Below, one piece after another: positions 1 to 8,128 of a DNA stretch of 41,607 nt. Location: NCBI GenBank assembly GCA_964421685.1, contig CAYQXU010000001.1, positions 1 to 41,607 on the forward strand, written 5' to 3'. The notes under the pieces were generated by a model that ran no database searches, had not been told where the DNA came from, and worked only from the letters and a program-made list of their open reading frames with translations. Position 1 is the first letter of the stretch; every line of letters begins with the position of its first letter. Position numbers and translations under genes: made by a program. This stretch comes from Candidatus Woesearchaeota archaeon. GTDB taxonomy: Archaea > Nanobdellota > Nanobdellia > Pacearchaeales > GW2011-AR1.

Positions 1-226
1 TAGTGTTAGCAGATCAAGTGGACGCCCCTGACTTTAGTCTGTGGGTAGTTCACAACTTAACATTTTAATACATCTTTATTATTGGCAAATATTAAAATTT
101 GGTTTTTTAAGGGTTAAAATAACTAAAATTGGTTTTTATCGACATTTATCTCAAGTGTAAAGTATGTTAAGTTAAAGGGTTTACTTTACATTTATAAAGA
201 GTTTAAAAAGTAAATTCTTTGAATTT

Positions 227-997
227 TCAAACAATAACTCTTATTTTTTCTCCTAAAGCTATTTCGACAATATCATTTTTCTTTAATTTATATTCTCTTA
301 TAGAGTCAATAGAAAGAATCATGTGATTTATTTTATTTTCAACCTCAATTTTTTCATCACTTCTTATCTGCCCTTTTTTTATTCTTGGTTTATGAATTTT
401 TAAATTCAAAGGCTCTCTTACAATAAATTTCAACTTATTTGAGAGTTTGCTAAATGGCTTTCCACCCATTGACCTATACCACGCTGTTGATCCTGTGCCT
501 GTCGTTATAAGAATTCCGGAACTTTTTTGGAGTTCGTTTCCACTTTTTATTTTAAGATCATATATTGAGACATGCTGGGGTTTTGAATTGCCTATATAAA
601 TTTCATTAAGGGCGTTTTCTGCTAATATGCATTTATCTTTTTGGAATATCCTGGCGCTTATCCTTTTGTAATTACTGATTTTATAATTTTTTCCATGAAT
701 TTGCTTCAATTTTCCTGCAAGATTTGTGAGATTTATTGATGTTAAAAATCCTGCGCTTCTTTTTGGATTTGAATTCACTCCCATTATCAATTGACTTGAA
801 ACATAATGCGATGCTGATAGGAAAGTTCCATCTCCCCCAATTGTTATTATCAAATCCTTTTCTTGGAATTGGGATTTTGACAGCTTGTTTTTCCAGGCTA
901 TCTCAATTTTAGCACTCTTAATTGAATTTTCAACTACTTTTTTTACGTTATTTATTAATTTAGAGTCTTTATCTCTAAAAACTAAGAGAATTTCCAT
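227..997 (-). CDS. nadK: NAD(+) kinase
   Basis: 256-aa ORF with the GGDG motif (IITIGGDGTFL) and the TGTGSTAWYRS motif characteristic of NAD kinases. Confidence 0.85.
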   Translation of the reverse strand: MEILLVFRDKDSKLINNVKKVVENSIKSAKIEIAWKNKLSKSQFQEKDLIITIGGDGTFLSASHYVSSQLIMGVNSNPKRSAGFLTSINLTNLAGKLKQIHGKNYKISNYKRISARIFQKDKCILAENALNEIYIGNSKPQHVSIYDLKIKSGNELQKSSGILITTGTGSTAWYRSMGGKPFSKLSNKLKFIVREPLNLKIHKPRIKKGQIRSDEKIEVENKINHMILSIDSIREYKLKKNDIVEIALGEKIRVIV

Positions 998-1338
998 GAT
1001 TCAAAACCTTCTTGCCCAAGTTTTCTTAACACTTCTTTAATTTCATCAATAATCTTTTGTTGCGTTTTCTTGTTTGACACTCTAACAAATTTAATTATAA
1101 GATCTTTAATTTCTTCTTTATCCAATATTTTTATTTTGTACCCATCTGTGATAAAATAAAATCTATATGCTTCATATCTCAACTCTTTAATTATTATTCC
1201 TCCAACTTGACCAACAGTCTTTCCTTTGTAAGGGTTTTCTCTTAAAGAATACATTAATTTTAAAATATTAAGAGATTCACCCTTGAATTTTTTATTTATT
1301 TCTTCCTCTAACCTTTTTGTTACAATTACTTTTGCCAT
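982..1338 (-). CDS. RelE/ParE-superfamily-like toxin (putative)
   Basis: 118-aa ORF. The pattern LRENPYKGKTVGQVGGIIIKELRYEAYRFYFI resembles the RelE/ParE core (enP.G..l....yR.R.g.YR..Y). It overlaps the upstream small ORF by 13 nt and the nadK start by 16 nt. Confidence 0.5.
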   Translation of the reverse strand: MAKVIVTKRLEEEINKKFKGESLNILKLMYSLRENPYKGKTVGQVGGIIIKELRYEAYRFYFITDGYKIKILDKEEIKDLIIKFVRVSNKKTQQKIIDEIKEVLRKLGQEGFESWKFS

Positions 1339-1532
1339 TTCTTTTTAGCATTAGATAAAGCTTCCTCTATAGAAATAGTGTTTTCTTCATCAAACAAAAG
1401 ATCATGCAGTTGTCTTTCTTGCGCACTTTTAATTAAACGCTCTATTATTTCAGTATAACTTTCACCTTTATTGCCAAATTCTCTTATTTTTTCTTTTATG
1501 TTTTTTGTTATAGCTATTGTTGTTATTTCCAT
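1326..1532 (-). CDS. Small antitoxin-like protein (COG1753/VapB-like pattern)
   Basis: 68-aa ORF. TIAITKNIKEKIREFGNKGESYTEIIERLI resembles the archaeal antitoxin pattern (TI.i.de.yekLk.lk..gESfSdvI.rLl). It overlaps the downstream toxin-like ORF. Confidence 0.5.
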   Translation of the reverse strand: MEITTIAITKNIKEKIREFGNKGESYTEIIERLIKSAQERQLHDLLFDEENTISIEEALSNAKKKWQK

Positions 1533-1634
1533 GTTATATTCTTTATATTAATTATAATTGTTATAGAAATTATAGTTTAAAAACTTTTCTACCTATTATT
1601 AGGATAGAGTTAAGATTAATAATTAAGAATAAAC

Positions 1635-2561
1635 TTATTTCTTCTTGCTTTCAGCTTCTTTCTGCTTGATTTTGTCTTCAAGTTTGAGTTTTTCAATAAG
1701 TTCTTTGTATCTGTTTCTTATTGTAACTTCTGTAATTCCGGCAATATCAGCAACTTCTCTTTGCGTTTTTTTCTCATCGTTCATCAAAGCAGCGACGTAT
1801 AATGCAGCTGCAGCTATCCCTGCAGGGCCTCTTCCGCTTGTTAGTTCAACTCCTTCTGCTTGCTTAAGAACTTTGAGTGCATCATTTTGAGTTTTAGGGC
1901 TTAGCTTTAGAACACTCGAAAATCTTGAGATGTAGTCTTTAGGAGAGCTTTGCTTGACTTTAATTCCAAGTTTTCTTATAATGAACCTGTAAGTCCTTCC
2001 AATTTCTTTTCTTTCAACATCAGAAGCTGTTGCCATTTCATCAAGTGTTCTTGGAATATTGTATGATCTGCAAGCTGCGTACAAACAAGCTGCAATAACT
2101 GATTCCATTGATCTTCCTCTTACTAATCCTCGCTGTAGGACATAATTGTATATTCTAGAAGCGTCATCTCTTACTACACTTGGCAAGTTTAAGTAAGATG
2201 CAATAACTCTTAATTCAGCCATTGCTAAACGCAAGTTTCTTTCAATAGAAGTTGAAACTCTTTCCTGCCACTTTTTTAATCTTAGGAATTTTCTAGTCTG
2301 CTTAGGGTCTAAACGATAAATATCTGAAATTTCTCCAACATTAGTTGTAAGCCCTTTGTCAAACTTTTGCATAGAGCTTGGAGCCCCGCCTCTTCCTTTT
2401 TTTTCTGATTTATCAAATTTACCTTGAGAATCAGTGCCTGTGTCAACCATCTTTTCTTCTATAACCAGGCCGCAATCGTTGCAGATTATCTCTCCAAGAT
2501 GTGGATCGAATGTTAAATTGACGCTGTCGCATTCAGGGCATCGTTTTACAAAATTGCTCAT
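1635..2561 (-). CDS. tfb: Transcription initiation factor IIB (TFB)
   Basis: 308 aa. N-terminal zinc ribbon (CPECDS...CNDCG) followed by two cyclin-like repeats with a typical TFB sequence (RGRSMESVIAACLYAACR..., ITEVTIRNRYKEL). Confidence 0.95.
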   Translation of the reverse strand: MSNFVKRCPECDSVNLTFDPHLGEIICNDCGLVIEEKMVDTGTDSQGKFDKSEKKGRGGAPSSMQKFDKGLTTNVGEISDIYRLDPKQTRKFLRLKKWQERVSTSIERNLRLAMAELRVIASYLNLPSVVRDDASRIYNYVLQRGLVRGRSMESVIAACLYAACRSYNIPRTLDEMATASDVERKEIGRTYRFIIRKLGIKVKQSSPKDYISRFSSVLKLSPKTQNDALKVLKQAEGVELTSGRGPAGIAAAALYVAALMNDEKKTQREVADIAGITEVTIRNRYKELIEKLKLEDKIKQKEAESKKK

Positions 2562-2653
2562 GTTGTTAGAATCTATTACTCCTACAATAAAGGTTTATAA
2601 ATCTTTCTATGCAAATTTGCTTTAAAAAGCTTTTGGTTTTGCTTGATTAAAAA

Positions 2654-3016
2654 TTATTCAACTAAGATTCCATTTACGACGCCATCTTGGCTTGGCCTGT
2701 TAGTTACCTTGACTTTTCCAAGGTCTGTTGAAATTATTGTTCCTTTTGTTATAATATTCTGCCTTGCCAAGAACCTGTTTGAAGGGGTTTCAAGAACGTT
2801 TTTTATTTCAGCTTTTTGCATCTTACTTTTAACCTTTACATTAACTAATTTTGCCTGCAAAAGGAAAATTTTTTTATTTCCTCCTTGGATTCTTAGTGAC
2901 TTTCTTTTTTCTTTAGTTGAAAGCTTCACTATCCTTCTTTGCCCTGGCAGTTCATACTTTTTTTTCTTTCTGCTTTTTATGTATCTTCCGCCAGATATTT
3001 TTTTGCCATGTTTCAT
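2654..3016 (-). CDS. rps8e: 30S ribosomal protein S8e
   Basis: 120 aa. GGRYIKSRKKKKYELPG and RIQGGNKKIFLLQAK match the archaeal S8e pattern. Confidence 0.9.
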   Translation of the reverse strand: MKHGKKISGGRYIKSRKKKKYELPGQRRIVKLSTKEKRKSLRIQGGNKKIFLLQAKLVNVKVKSKMQKAEIKNVLETPSNRFLARQNIITKGTIISTDLGKVKVTNRPSQDGVVNGILVE

Positions 3017-3023
3017 TGTAAAA

Positions 3024-3120
3024 ACCTACGGTTTTTTGCTCGAGCCAACACTTACTTTTGGATTATCTCGTGTAAACTCTCGTCCCTCAAACAACTTCTT
3101 TTCATTGCCTTCGAGAGAAG
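3024..3120 (-). promoter_or_regulatory. Conserved leader element, copy 1 (upstream of rps8e)
   Basis: The 45-nt core GCTCGAGCCAACACTTACTTTTGGATTATCTCGTGTAAACTCTCG at 3038-3082 is identical to 25648-25692 and differs by 1 nt from 27394-27438. It lies 21 nt from the rps8e ATG and downstream (on the minus strand) of an A/T box, TTTAAATA, at about 3147-3154. Confidence 0.55.
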
Positions 3121-3299
3121 TTAGTATAAGTGAAGGGAAAATTTGATTTAAATACCTTTTTGTTGAACCTTTTGAAAATAAACCTTTTAAAAAAAGGTTT
3201 CCAAAACTAAAATTTAAATAAATTTTTTCGAAATGTTTATAAACTGCCCATGCAAGATTAAATAATATTAAGCTGATTATTTCAGCTTTTGAATTAAAA

Positions 3300-3551
3300 A
3301 TGGTTAACGGAATCGAAAGGCCACTGGATTTGTTGAACAATTCTAAGGGAAAGGAAGTTTTAGTGTTCCTTAAAGGCGATAAGCAGTTTGTAGGCACACT
3401 ACTCGCCTTTGACATACACATCAACTTAGTTTTGGACAACATAAAAGAAATGCAGAATGGCGAGATAAAAAGAAACCTTGGATTGACTTTTTTGAGAGGA
3501 GATACAATTATCTTCATCTCACCGGCATCGACTGCCTTAAAAAAAGACTAG
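3300..3551 (+). CDS. Sm-like (LSm/SmAP) RNA-binding protein
   Basis: 83 aa with Sm1/Sm2 motif patterns (KEVLVFLKGDKQFVGTLLAFDIHINLVLDN ... TFLRGDTIIFIS). Confidence 0.9.
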   Translation: MVNGIERPLDLLNNSKGKEVLVFLKGDKQFVGTLLAFDIHINLVLDNIKEMQNGEIKRNLGLTFLRGDTIIFISPASTALKKD

Positions 3552-3660
3552 ATTAGCGTTTTTACCTTATCTTTCGCAAGGTTGAATTTTATATATGTTA
3601 AGATTAGCTGTGCTTTTATGATTTAGTTACTTTTATTAATTGAAAATTCTTATATAAAAT

Positions 3661-4563
3661 ATGCCTTCAAACATAAAACTAATTTTTTTAGGAACAGCGG
3701 ATCAAATTCCCAGCGCAGACAGGAATCATACTGCCATATTACTTGGCTATGAAGGCGAGAATATACTTGTAGATTGCGGAGAAGGAACTCAAAGGCAGTT
3801 TAGAAAAGCTGGGCTTAATCCTTGCAAAATTACAAAGATCCTTATAACTCACTGGCATGGGGATCATGTTTTAGGATTGCCTGGATTGCTTTCAACTTTA
3901 TCTCTCTCTGGATATAATAAGAAACTTACTATATATGGTCCAAAAGGGACTAAGGAATTTGTTAAGGAGATGTTAAGAGTTTTTGGGTTCAAAAGAAATT
4001 ATGAGATTATTGCTGAAGATATTCATGGAAAATTTTTTGACAATGGAAATTTTTATCTAGAAGCTGAGGAAATGGAGCATGGAATTCCTTGTAATGCTTA
4101 TTCTTTTGTTAAAAAAGGACAAATAAGAATTGATAAAAGCAAGTTAAAGAAATTTAAAATAAAAGAAGGACCACATTTAGCAAATTTAAAACAAGGAAAA
4201 GATATTTCTTATAATGGGAAGAGTTACAAGGCTAAAGACTTGACTTACAAAGATGAAAATAAAAAAGTAAGTTTTGTTTTAGATACAAGAGATAATAAAA
4301 AAATAATTCCTTTTGTAAAAGGTTCGGATTTGTTGGTTTGTGAGTCAAGCTTTGAGAAAGACTTGAAAAGCCAGGCTCATGAACACCTGCATCTTACATC
4401 AGATCAAGCAGGAGAAATTGCAAAAAGAGCAAACGTCAAAAAGCTTGTCCTTACCCATTTAAGCCAGAGATATGAGAAAAATCCAAGGCAAATTTTGAAT
4501 GAAGCGAAGAAGATTTTCAAGAATACTCTTGTAGTTAAGGATTTTGATGGTGTTTTAGTATAG
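3661..4563 (+). CDS. rnz: Ribonuclease Z (tRNA 3' endonuclease)
   Basis: 300 aa. Metallo-beta-lactamase signature ITHWHGDHVLGLPGLL, C-terminal LTHLSQRY, and a length typical of short-form RNase Z. Confidence 0.9.
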   Translation: MPSNIKLIFLGTADQIPSADRNHTAILLGYEGENILVDCGEGTQRQFRKAGLNPCKITKILITHWHGDHVLGLPGLLSTLSLSGYNKKLTIYGPKGTKEFVKEMLRVFGFKRNYEIIAEDIHGKFFDNGNFYLEAEEMEHGIPCNAYSFVKKGQIRIDKSKLKKFKIKEGPHLANLKQGKDISYNGKSYKAKDLTYKDENKKVSFVLDTRDNKKIIPFVKGSDLLVCESSFEKDLKSQAHEHLHLTSDQAGEIAKRANVKKLVLTHLSQRYEKNPRQILNEAKKIFKNTLVVKDFDGVLV

Positions 4564-4597
4564 AAATTATTAAAAATGTTCTTTTTGTTTTCTTTAA

Positions 4598-4999
4598 ATG
4601 CCAACTGTAGTTGAACTGCCAATGAGCGTTAAAGGAGAAAAATTAGTTAAGATTGTTCAGGCTTCAATGCAAGAGTTGCCTAATTTTTTATTTTATAGAA
4701 GCGAAAGTGGTTCTTTAATAACTCTTGATGCTAGGCCAGACATAAATTTTGATTATTTGGCAGGCTCTTTACCTAATTTAGGACAGGTTATGGCAAGAAG
4801 GGAGTTATTAAGGATAGATAAACAACACTTTAAGGTTGATGGAATTGATATTACAATTCCTGATTATACTGTGCTCGTCATCTCTGTTGGCAGGCTAGAT
4901 AAAAAAATCATGAGTTCTTACAACCCAATTGAAACCCATAGAAGCAATCCTGATCTTTGTTATTTAGTTAGTGGAATCCTCAAAAGATTTGCTAAATAG
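4598..4999 (+). CDS. Hypothetical protein
   Basis: 133-aa ORF in the operon-like position after rnz. No recognisable motif. An alternative start is at 4622. Confidence 0.4.
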   Translation: MPTVVELPMSVKGEKLVKIVQASMQELPNFLFYRSESGSLITLDARPDINFDYLAGSLPNLGQVMARRELLRIDKQHFKVDGIDITIPDYTVLVISVGRLDKKIMSSYNPIETHRSNPDLCYLVSGILKRFAK

Positions 5000-5012
5000 A
5001 AACCTTTTAAAC
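4998..5012 (+). promoter_or_regulatory. Putative archaeal BRE/TATA box for the tRNA pair
   Basis: GAAACCTTTTAAAC is centred about 30 nt upstream of the tRNA-Arg 5' end. Similar AAACCTTTTAAA strings occur in other intergenic regions (for example 3181). Confidence 0.35.
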
Positions 5013-5037
5013 TAATTATTTCTTCGTTTTCTTATAA

Positions 5038-5112
5038 GCCCGAGTAGCTCAGCCTGGATAGAGCACTGGCCTTCTAAGTCAGGGGTCGCAGGTTCAAATC
5101 CTGTCTCGGGCG
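5038..5112 (+). tRNA. tRNA-Arg (anticodon TCT)
   Basis: Manual cloverleaf: acceptor GCCCGAG/CTCGGGC, D arm GCTC..GAGC, anticodon stem CTGGC/GTCAG with loop CTTCTAA, T arm GCAGG-TTCAAAT-CCTGT. No encoded CCA. Confidence 0.92.
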
Positions 5113-5174
5113 CTTTACGAAGTAAAGCGACCTGACGGAATCTTTGATTCTAGTCTGGGCGTTCAAGTAAAATT

Positions 5175-5247
5175 GCGGAGGTGGCACAGCGGCTACTGCG
5201 TTCGCCTGCAGAGCGAATTTTCGTGGGTTCGAGTCCCACCCTCCGCT
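5175..5247 (+). tRNA. tRNA-Cys (anticodon GCA)
   Basis: Manual cloverleaf: acceptor GCGGAGG/CCTCCGC, anticodon stem TTCGC/GCGAA with loop CTGCAGA, T arm GTGGG-TTCGAGT-CCCAC. Followed by a T-rich tract. Confidence 0.92.
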
Positions 5248-5310
5248 TTTATTTTTTAGTTTGTTTTCAAGTATAGAAATTAATTTATAGCTAGCTTTTT
5301 TCAGATTTTT

Positions 5311-5784
5311 ATGATAGAGCCTAGAGAAGAATTTATGTTTGAAGCAATATTGCAGGCTAATTTAGCGAGAGAAAGAGGAGATTATGCAATTGGCGCAGTT
5401 ATCGTGAATGATTGTAAAATAATTTTTTCTTCAGGCAACAAAAGCAAGACTTATGAGAATCCTACTAAACATGCTGAAATAATTGCTATTTCTGAGGCTT
5501 CTAGAATTTTAGGGAGAAGGCATCTTAATGACGGCATTCTTTATACAACTAACGAGCCTTGTGTGATGTGTACAGGAGCAGCTGTTTGGGCTAAGCTCCG
5601 AGGAATTGTTTATGGCTCTAGGTGGGAAGACATGAGGGATTATGCTCAGAAATATGCAAATGAAAGTTATTTATGGAGGACTATTGATATTCCTTGTAAA
5701 TATGTTATTGAAAAATCTAGCGAACAAATAGAGGTTGTCGGAGATTTTATGAGAGAGGAATGTTTAAAACTATTTCATTGCTAA
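5311..5784 (+). CDS. CMP/dCMP-type zinc deaminase (TadA/guanine-deaminase-like)
   Basis: 157 aa with zinc-binding motifs HAE (KHAEIIAI) and PCxxC (EPCVMCTGA). Confidence 0.8.
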   Translation: MIEPREEFMFEAILQANLARERGDYAIGAVIVNDCKIIFSSGNKSKTYENPTKHAEIIAISEASRILGRRHLNDGILYTTNEPCVMCTGAAVWAKLRGIVYGSRWEDMRDYAQKYANESYLWRTIDIPCKYVIEKSSEQIEVVGDFMREECLKLFHC

Positions 5785-5796
5785 TAGATTTATAAA

Positions 5797-6453
5797 ATGA
5801 ACCTTTTGAAAAATAAAGACAAAGATCTTTTGGATCTTTATCCTTATGACATCTCCTTTAGGAGAAGGTTTCCAAAACGAACGAGGTTCCCAAATATAAA
5901 AAATATGAAAAAAGCGTATTTGATTCATGGATGGGGAGGAAGTTCTTCCAGCGAGCCATGGCTTCAATGGATTAAGAAAGAACTTGAAAAGAAGAAGTTT
6001 GAAGTTATTTCATTTGACATGCCAAACACTGAAAAGCCTAAGATAGAAGAGTGGGTTAAATATTTGGAGGATCGCATTAAAGATGTTGATGAAAAAACTT
6101 ATTTCATCGGTCATAGCATTGGATGCCAGACAATTTTAAGATTTTTAGAGAAAATTCATAGACATAAGAGAATTGGAGGATGTGTTTTTGTTGCAGGATG
6201 GTTTAATGTTATTAATTTAGAGCCTGAAGAATTAGCGATAGCTCATCCTTGGATGAATACTGGAATTGAATTTGAAAGAGTTTTAGACCACTGCAATAAA
6301 TTTTTAGCTATTTTTTCAGATAATGACCCTTATGTTCATTTAGACGAGGCTGAAAAATTTAAGACTAATTTAGGAGCTAAGATAATAATTAAGAAAGGGC
6401 AAGAACACTTTAATTCCACTGAAAAAATTCCTGAGATTTTGGAGTTTTTGTGA
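5797..6453 (+). CDS. Alpha/beta serine hydrolase, RBBP9/YdeN-like
   Basis: [11 protein letters not shown] and the nucleophile elbow GHSIGC, with a size typical of the YdeN/RBBP9 family. The conserved part begins at the internal ATG at 5905, which is the more likely start. Confidence 0.7.
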   Translation: MNLLKNKDKDLLDLYPYDISFRRRFPKRTRFPNIKNMKKAYLIHGWGGSSSSEPWLQWIKKELEKKKFEVISFDMPNTEKPKIEEWVKYLEDRIKDVDEKTYFIGHSIGCQTILRFLEKIHRHKRIGGCVFVAGWFNVINLEPEELAIAHPWMNTGIEFERVLDHCNKFLAIFSDNDPYVHLDEAEKFKTNLGAKIIIKKGQEHFNSTEKIPEILEFL

Positions 6454-6875
6454 TGAAGATGAAATCCTACACGAAAAAACTAGTTATGCACACTAAAAAG
6501 AAAATTGAATTTGTTAACATAACTAAAGATGTTGAAAAGGCTGTTAATGAGAGCAAAGTTAGAGAAGGACTGGTTTTAATTAATGCAATGCACATAACCG
6601 CAAGTGTTTTTATTAATGACGATGAACAAGGGCTTTTAAGTGATTTTGAAAAATGGCTGGAAAAATTAGCCACTAAAGATATTAATTTGTATAAACATAA
6701 TTTAACAGGAGAAGATAATGCTTATTCTCATTTGTGGAGAACAATTATGGGAAGAGAAGTTGTTATTGCCATAACGCAAGGAAAGTTGGATTTTGGACCT
6801 TGGGAGAGTATATTTTATGGAGAATTTGATGGGCAACGAGATAAGCGTATAATTATTAAGATCATAGGCGATTAA
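6453..6875 (+). CDS. YjbQ/UPF0047 family protein (secondary thiamine-phosphate synthase-like)
   Basis: The pattern [22 protein letters not shown] ... [38 protein letters not shown] is typical of UPF0047. The ATG at 6453 overlaps the upstream TGA (TGATG). The ORF track starts at the GTG at 6450. Confidence 0.8.
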   Translation: MKMKSYTKKLVMHTKKKIEFVNITKDVEKAVNESKVREGLVLINAMHITASVFINDDEQGLLSDFEKWLEKLATKDINLYKHNLTGEDNAYSHLWRTIMGREVVIAITQGKLDFGPWESIFYGEFDGQRDKRIIIKIIGD

Positions 6876-6936
6876 CACTACTTCGTCCAAGCTTGGCCAA
6901 AGTAAAGAATTATGATAAAAATAATTGGTGAATAAA

Positions 6937-7035
6937 TCAAATCTTCTTCTCTTTTCTTAACTGGTATAGTTTAACTATCAAACCAATTGTTGCAAGAATT
7001 GATAAGTAGGTTAATAAGTAATCTGTAAGAATCAT
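6937..7035 (-). CDS. Possible 32-aa single-TM micro-protein
   Basis: Hand-translated as MILTDYLLTYLSILATIGLIVKLYQLRKEKKI. Its ATG overlaps the TGA of the upstream 72-aa ORF (ATGA), which suggests translational coupling. Confidence 0.3.
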   Translation of the reverse strand: MILTDYLLTYLSILATIGLIVKLYQLRKEKKI

Positions 7036-7250
7036 TTTACATTAGTAAAGATTTTTATTAGTTGTTCTTTGAACAAAAAGCCTATTAATAGAAGCACTAT
7101 TGCTCCAATAATTATTGCAATAATAAACCACCAATTTACATTTAATTTAACCTTTTTATTTGTTTTTCTTAATGGCAATATTGGCTCGAATTTCATTGTC
7201 CCAGGATTAAATTTTGTAGGCAATTGAATTTCTTTTGTTTTCTCATTCAT
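7032..7250 (-). CDS. Small membrane protein
   Basis: 72 aa with one clear TM helix (WWFIIAIIIGAIVLLLIGFLF). It starts 1 nt after the stop of the upstream surface-protein gene. Confidence 0.5.
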   Translation of the reverse strand: MNEKTKEIQLPTKFNPGTMKFEPILPLRKTNKKVKLNVNWWFIIAIIIGAIVLLLIGFLFKEQLIKIFTNVK

Positions 7251-7251
7251 T

Positions 7252-8028
7252 TTATCTTCCTGATTTTTTCCTGTATTGCCTTTCTATTGCTATAAGAATC
7301 ATTGCTCCGAAAATTACAAGAATGAACACATAAACAAATGTGTTGTTTTTTAAGTATGAGAGAACAGCGTCGTCTGAGTTTTGGCTAGGACTTATTCCGC
7401 CTGTTACAGGACTTCGACCTGCGCCAGAATTATCTATTGCCCCAATTGCCTGGCCTGTGCCTGAAAGTGGGACAGAGCCTCTTACTAAGCTTTCTTTACC
7501 GTCATTTACGACAATATTGTAAGTGCCGTCAGGAGCAACTAGCCTGTAGGAAATTTTTTCTCCTGGCTCGAGATTTGGCTGTTTTGTGCCTATTGTCTCG
7601 CCTATTTTTATCGTTATCGTCCTAGAATATTTTGTATTCCCTATGTTTGTTACTGTTAGAGTGCTGCCTTCAAGATCAAATCTAGCCAGCTCCTTGCTTC
7701 CAATGTCGAAAAAAGAGATTGCTTTAATATCCTGATATTGTGCATTAATTACTCCTTGGCCCGATGTTGCTTTATCGCCAAGATCGAGTGTTACAACCTC
7801 CTTAGAGAGCACTGTTTTTTCAATGCTTATTTTTTTCTCAAAGTCTTCAATTGTTACTAAGATATTTCCGTCCATAGGCTTTCCCTGGTCGTCATAAAGC
7901 GTTGCCTTGAATGTTATAGGGGTGCCGGCTTCGAATTCATTTCCATTAGGGAAGTCAATATTAATGGATTTTGCTGACACGAGGGATAATAATACTAAAC
8001 AAAATAAAAATAATGCTAGTTTTTTCAT
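7252..8028 (-). CDS. Secreted, C-terminally anchored surface protein
   Basis: 258 aa. N-terminal signal peptide (MKKLALFLFCLVLLSLVSA), beta-rich ectodomain, Gly/Ser/Pro linker, C-terminal TM (FVYVFILVIFGAMILIAI) followed by a basic tail. Confidence 0.6.
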   Translation of the reverse strand: MKKLALFLFCLVLLSLVSAKSINIDFPNGNEFEAGTPITFKATLYDDQGKPMDGNILVTIEDFEKKISIEKTVLSKEVVTLDLGDKATSGQGVINAQYQDIKAISFFDIGSKELARFDLEGSTLTVTNIGNTKYSRTITIKIGETIGTKQPNLEPGEKISYRLVAPDGTYNIVVNDGKESLVRGSVPLSGTGQAIGAIDNSGAGRSPVTGGISPSQNSDDAVLSYLKNNTFVYVFILVIFGAMILIAIERQYRKKSGR

Positions 8029-8128
8029 GCTTATTTTAAGCTTGAGCCTTATTTAAAAGTTTTTATTATTGCCTGTTTTTACAATAAAGTTTAAATACAC
8101 TTTTTATTTAGTATATTAAGGAGAAAAA

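Noticed and set aside
1-60. Relatively GC-rich stretch at the window edge (GTGGACGCCCCTGACTTTAGTCTGTGGGTAGTTCACAAC). It loosely resembles part of the tRNA-Arg/tRNA-Cys spacer (GACCTGACGG...TAGTCTGGGCGTTCAAG, 5128-5166). The spacer also has two small hairpins, CTTTAC-GAA-GTAAAG and GAATC-TTT-GATTC.
   Set aside because: I could not fold either into a tRNA, tRNA half or other recognisable RNA. The similarity is short and gapped, and the first copy is truncated by the window. It is worth a cmscan but is not supportable as a feature.
2643-3146. Several plus- and minus-strand track ORFs antisense to good genes (1645..1890, 2434..2625, 2643..3146, 4404..4622, 6467..6673, 7340..7625, 9386..9844, 13477..13764, 14556..14828, 15099..15755, 18647..19039, 20231..20825, 28331..29176, 31755..32048, 32910..33484, 40097..40363, 41272..41532).
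   Set aside because: They are low-complexity, Phe/Leu/Ser-rich translations of the opposite strand of AT-rich coding DNA. They have no motifs and overlap confidently called genes.
3026-3517. 163-aa minus-strand ORF, and a possible conserved upstream peptide (FEGRE(F/L)TRDNPKVSVGSSKKP) encoded by the leader element.
   Set aside because: The ORF is antisense to the well-supported Sm gene. The peptide frame has only a TTG start in two copies, and in the rps17e copy the N-terminal part is absent and the frame runs into rps17e out of frame. The copies are identical even at would-be synonymous sites, which points to RNA- or DNA-level rather than peptide-level conservation.
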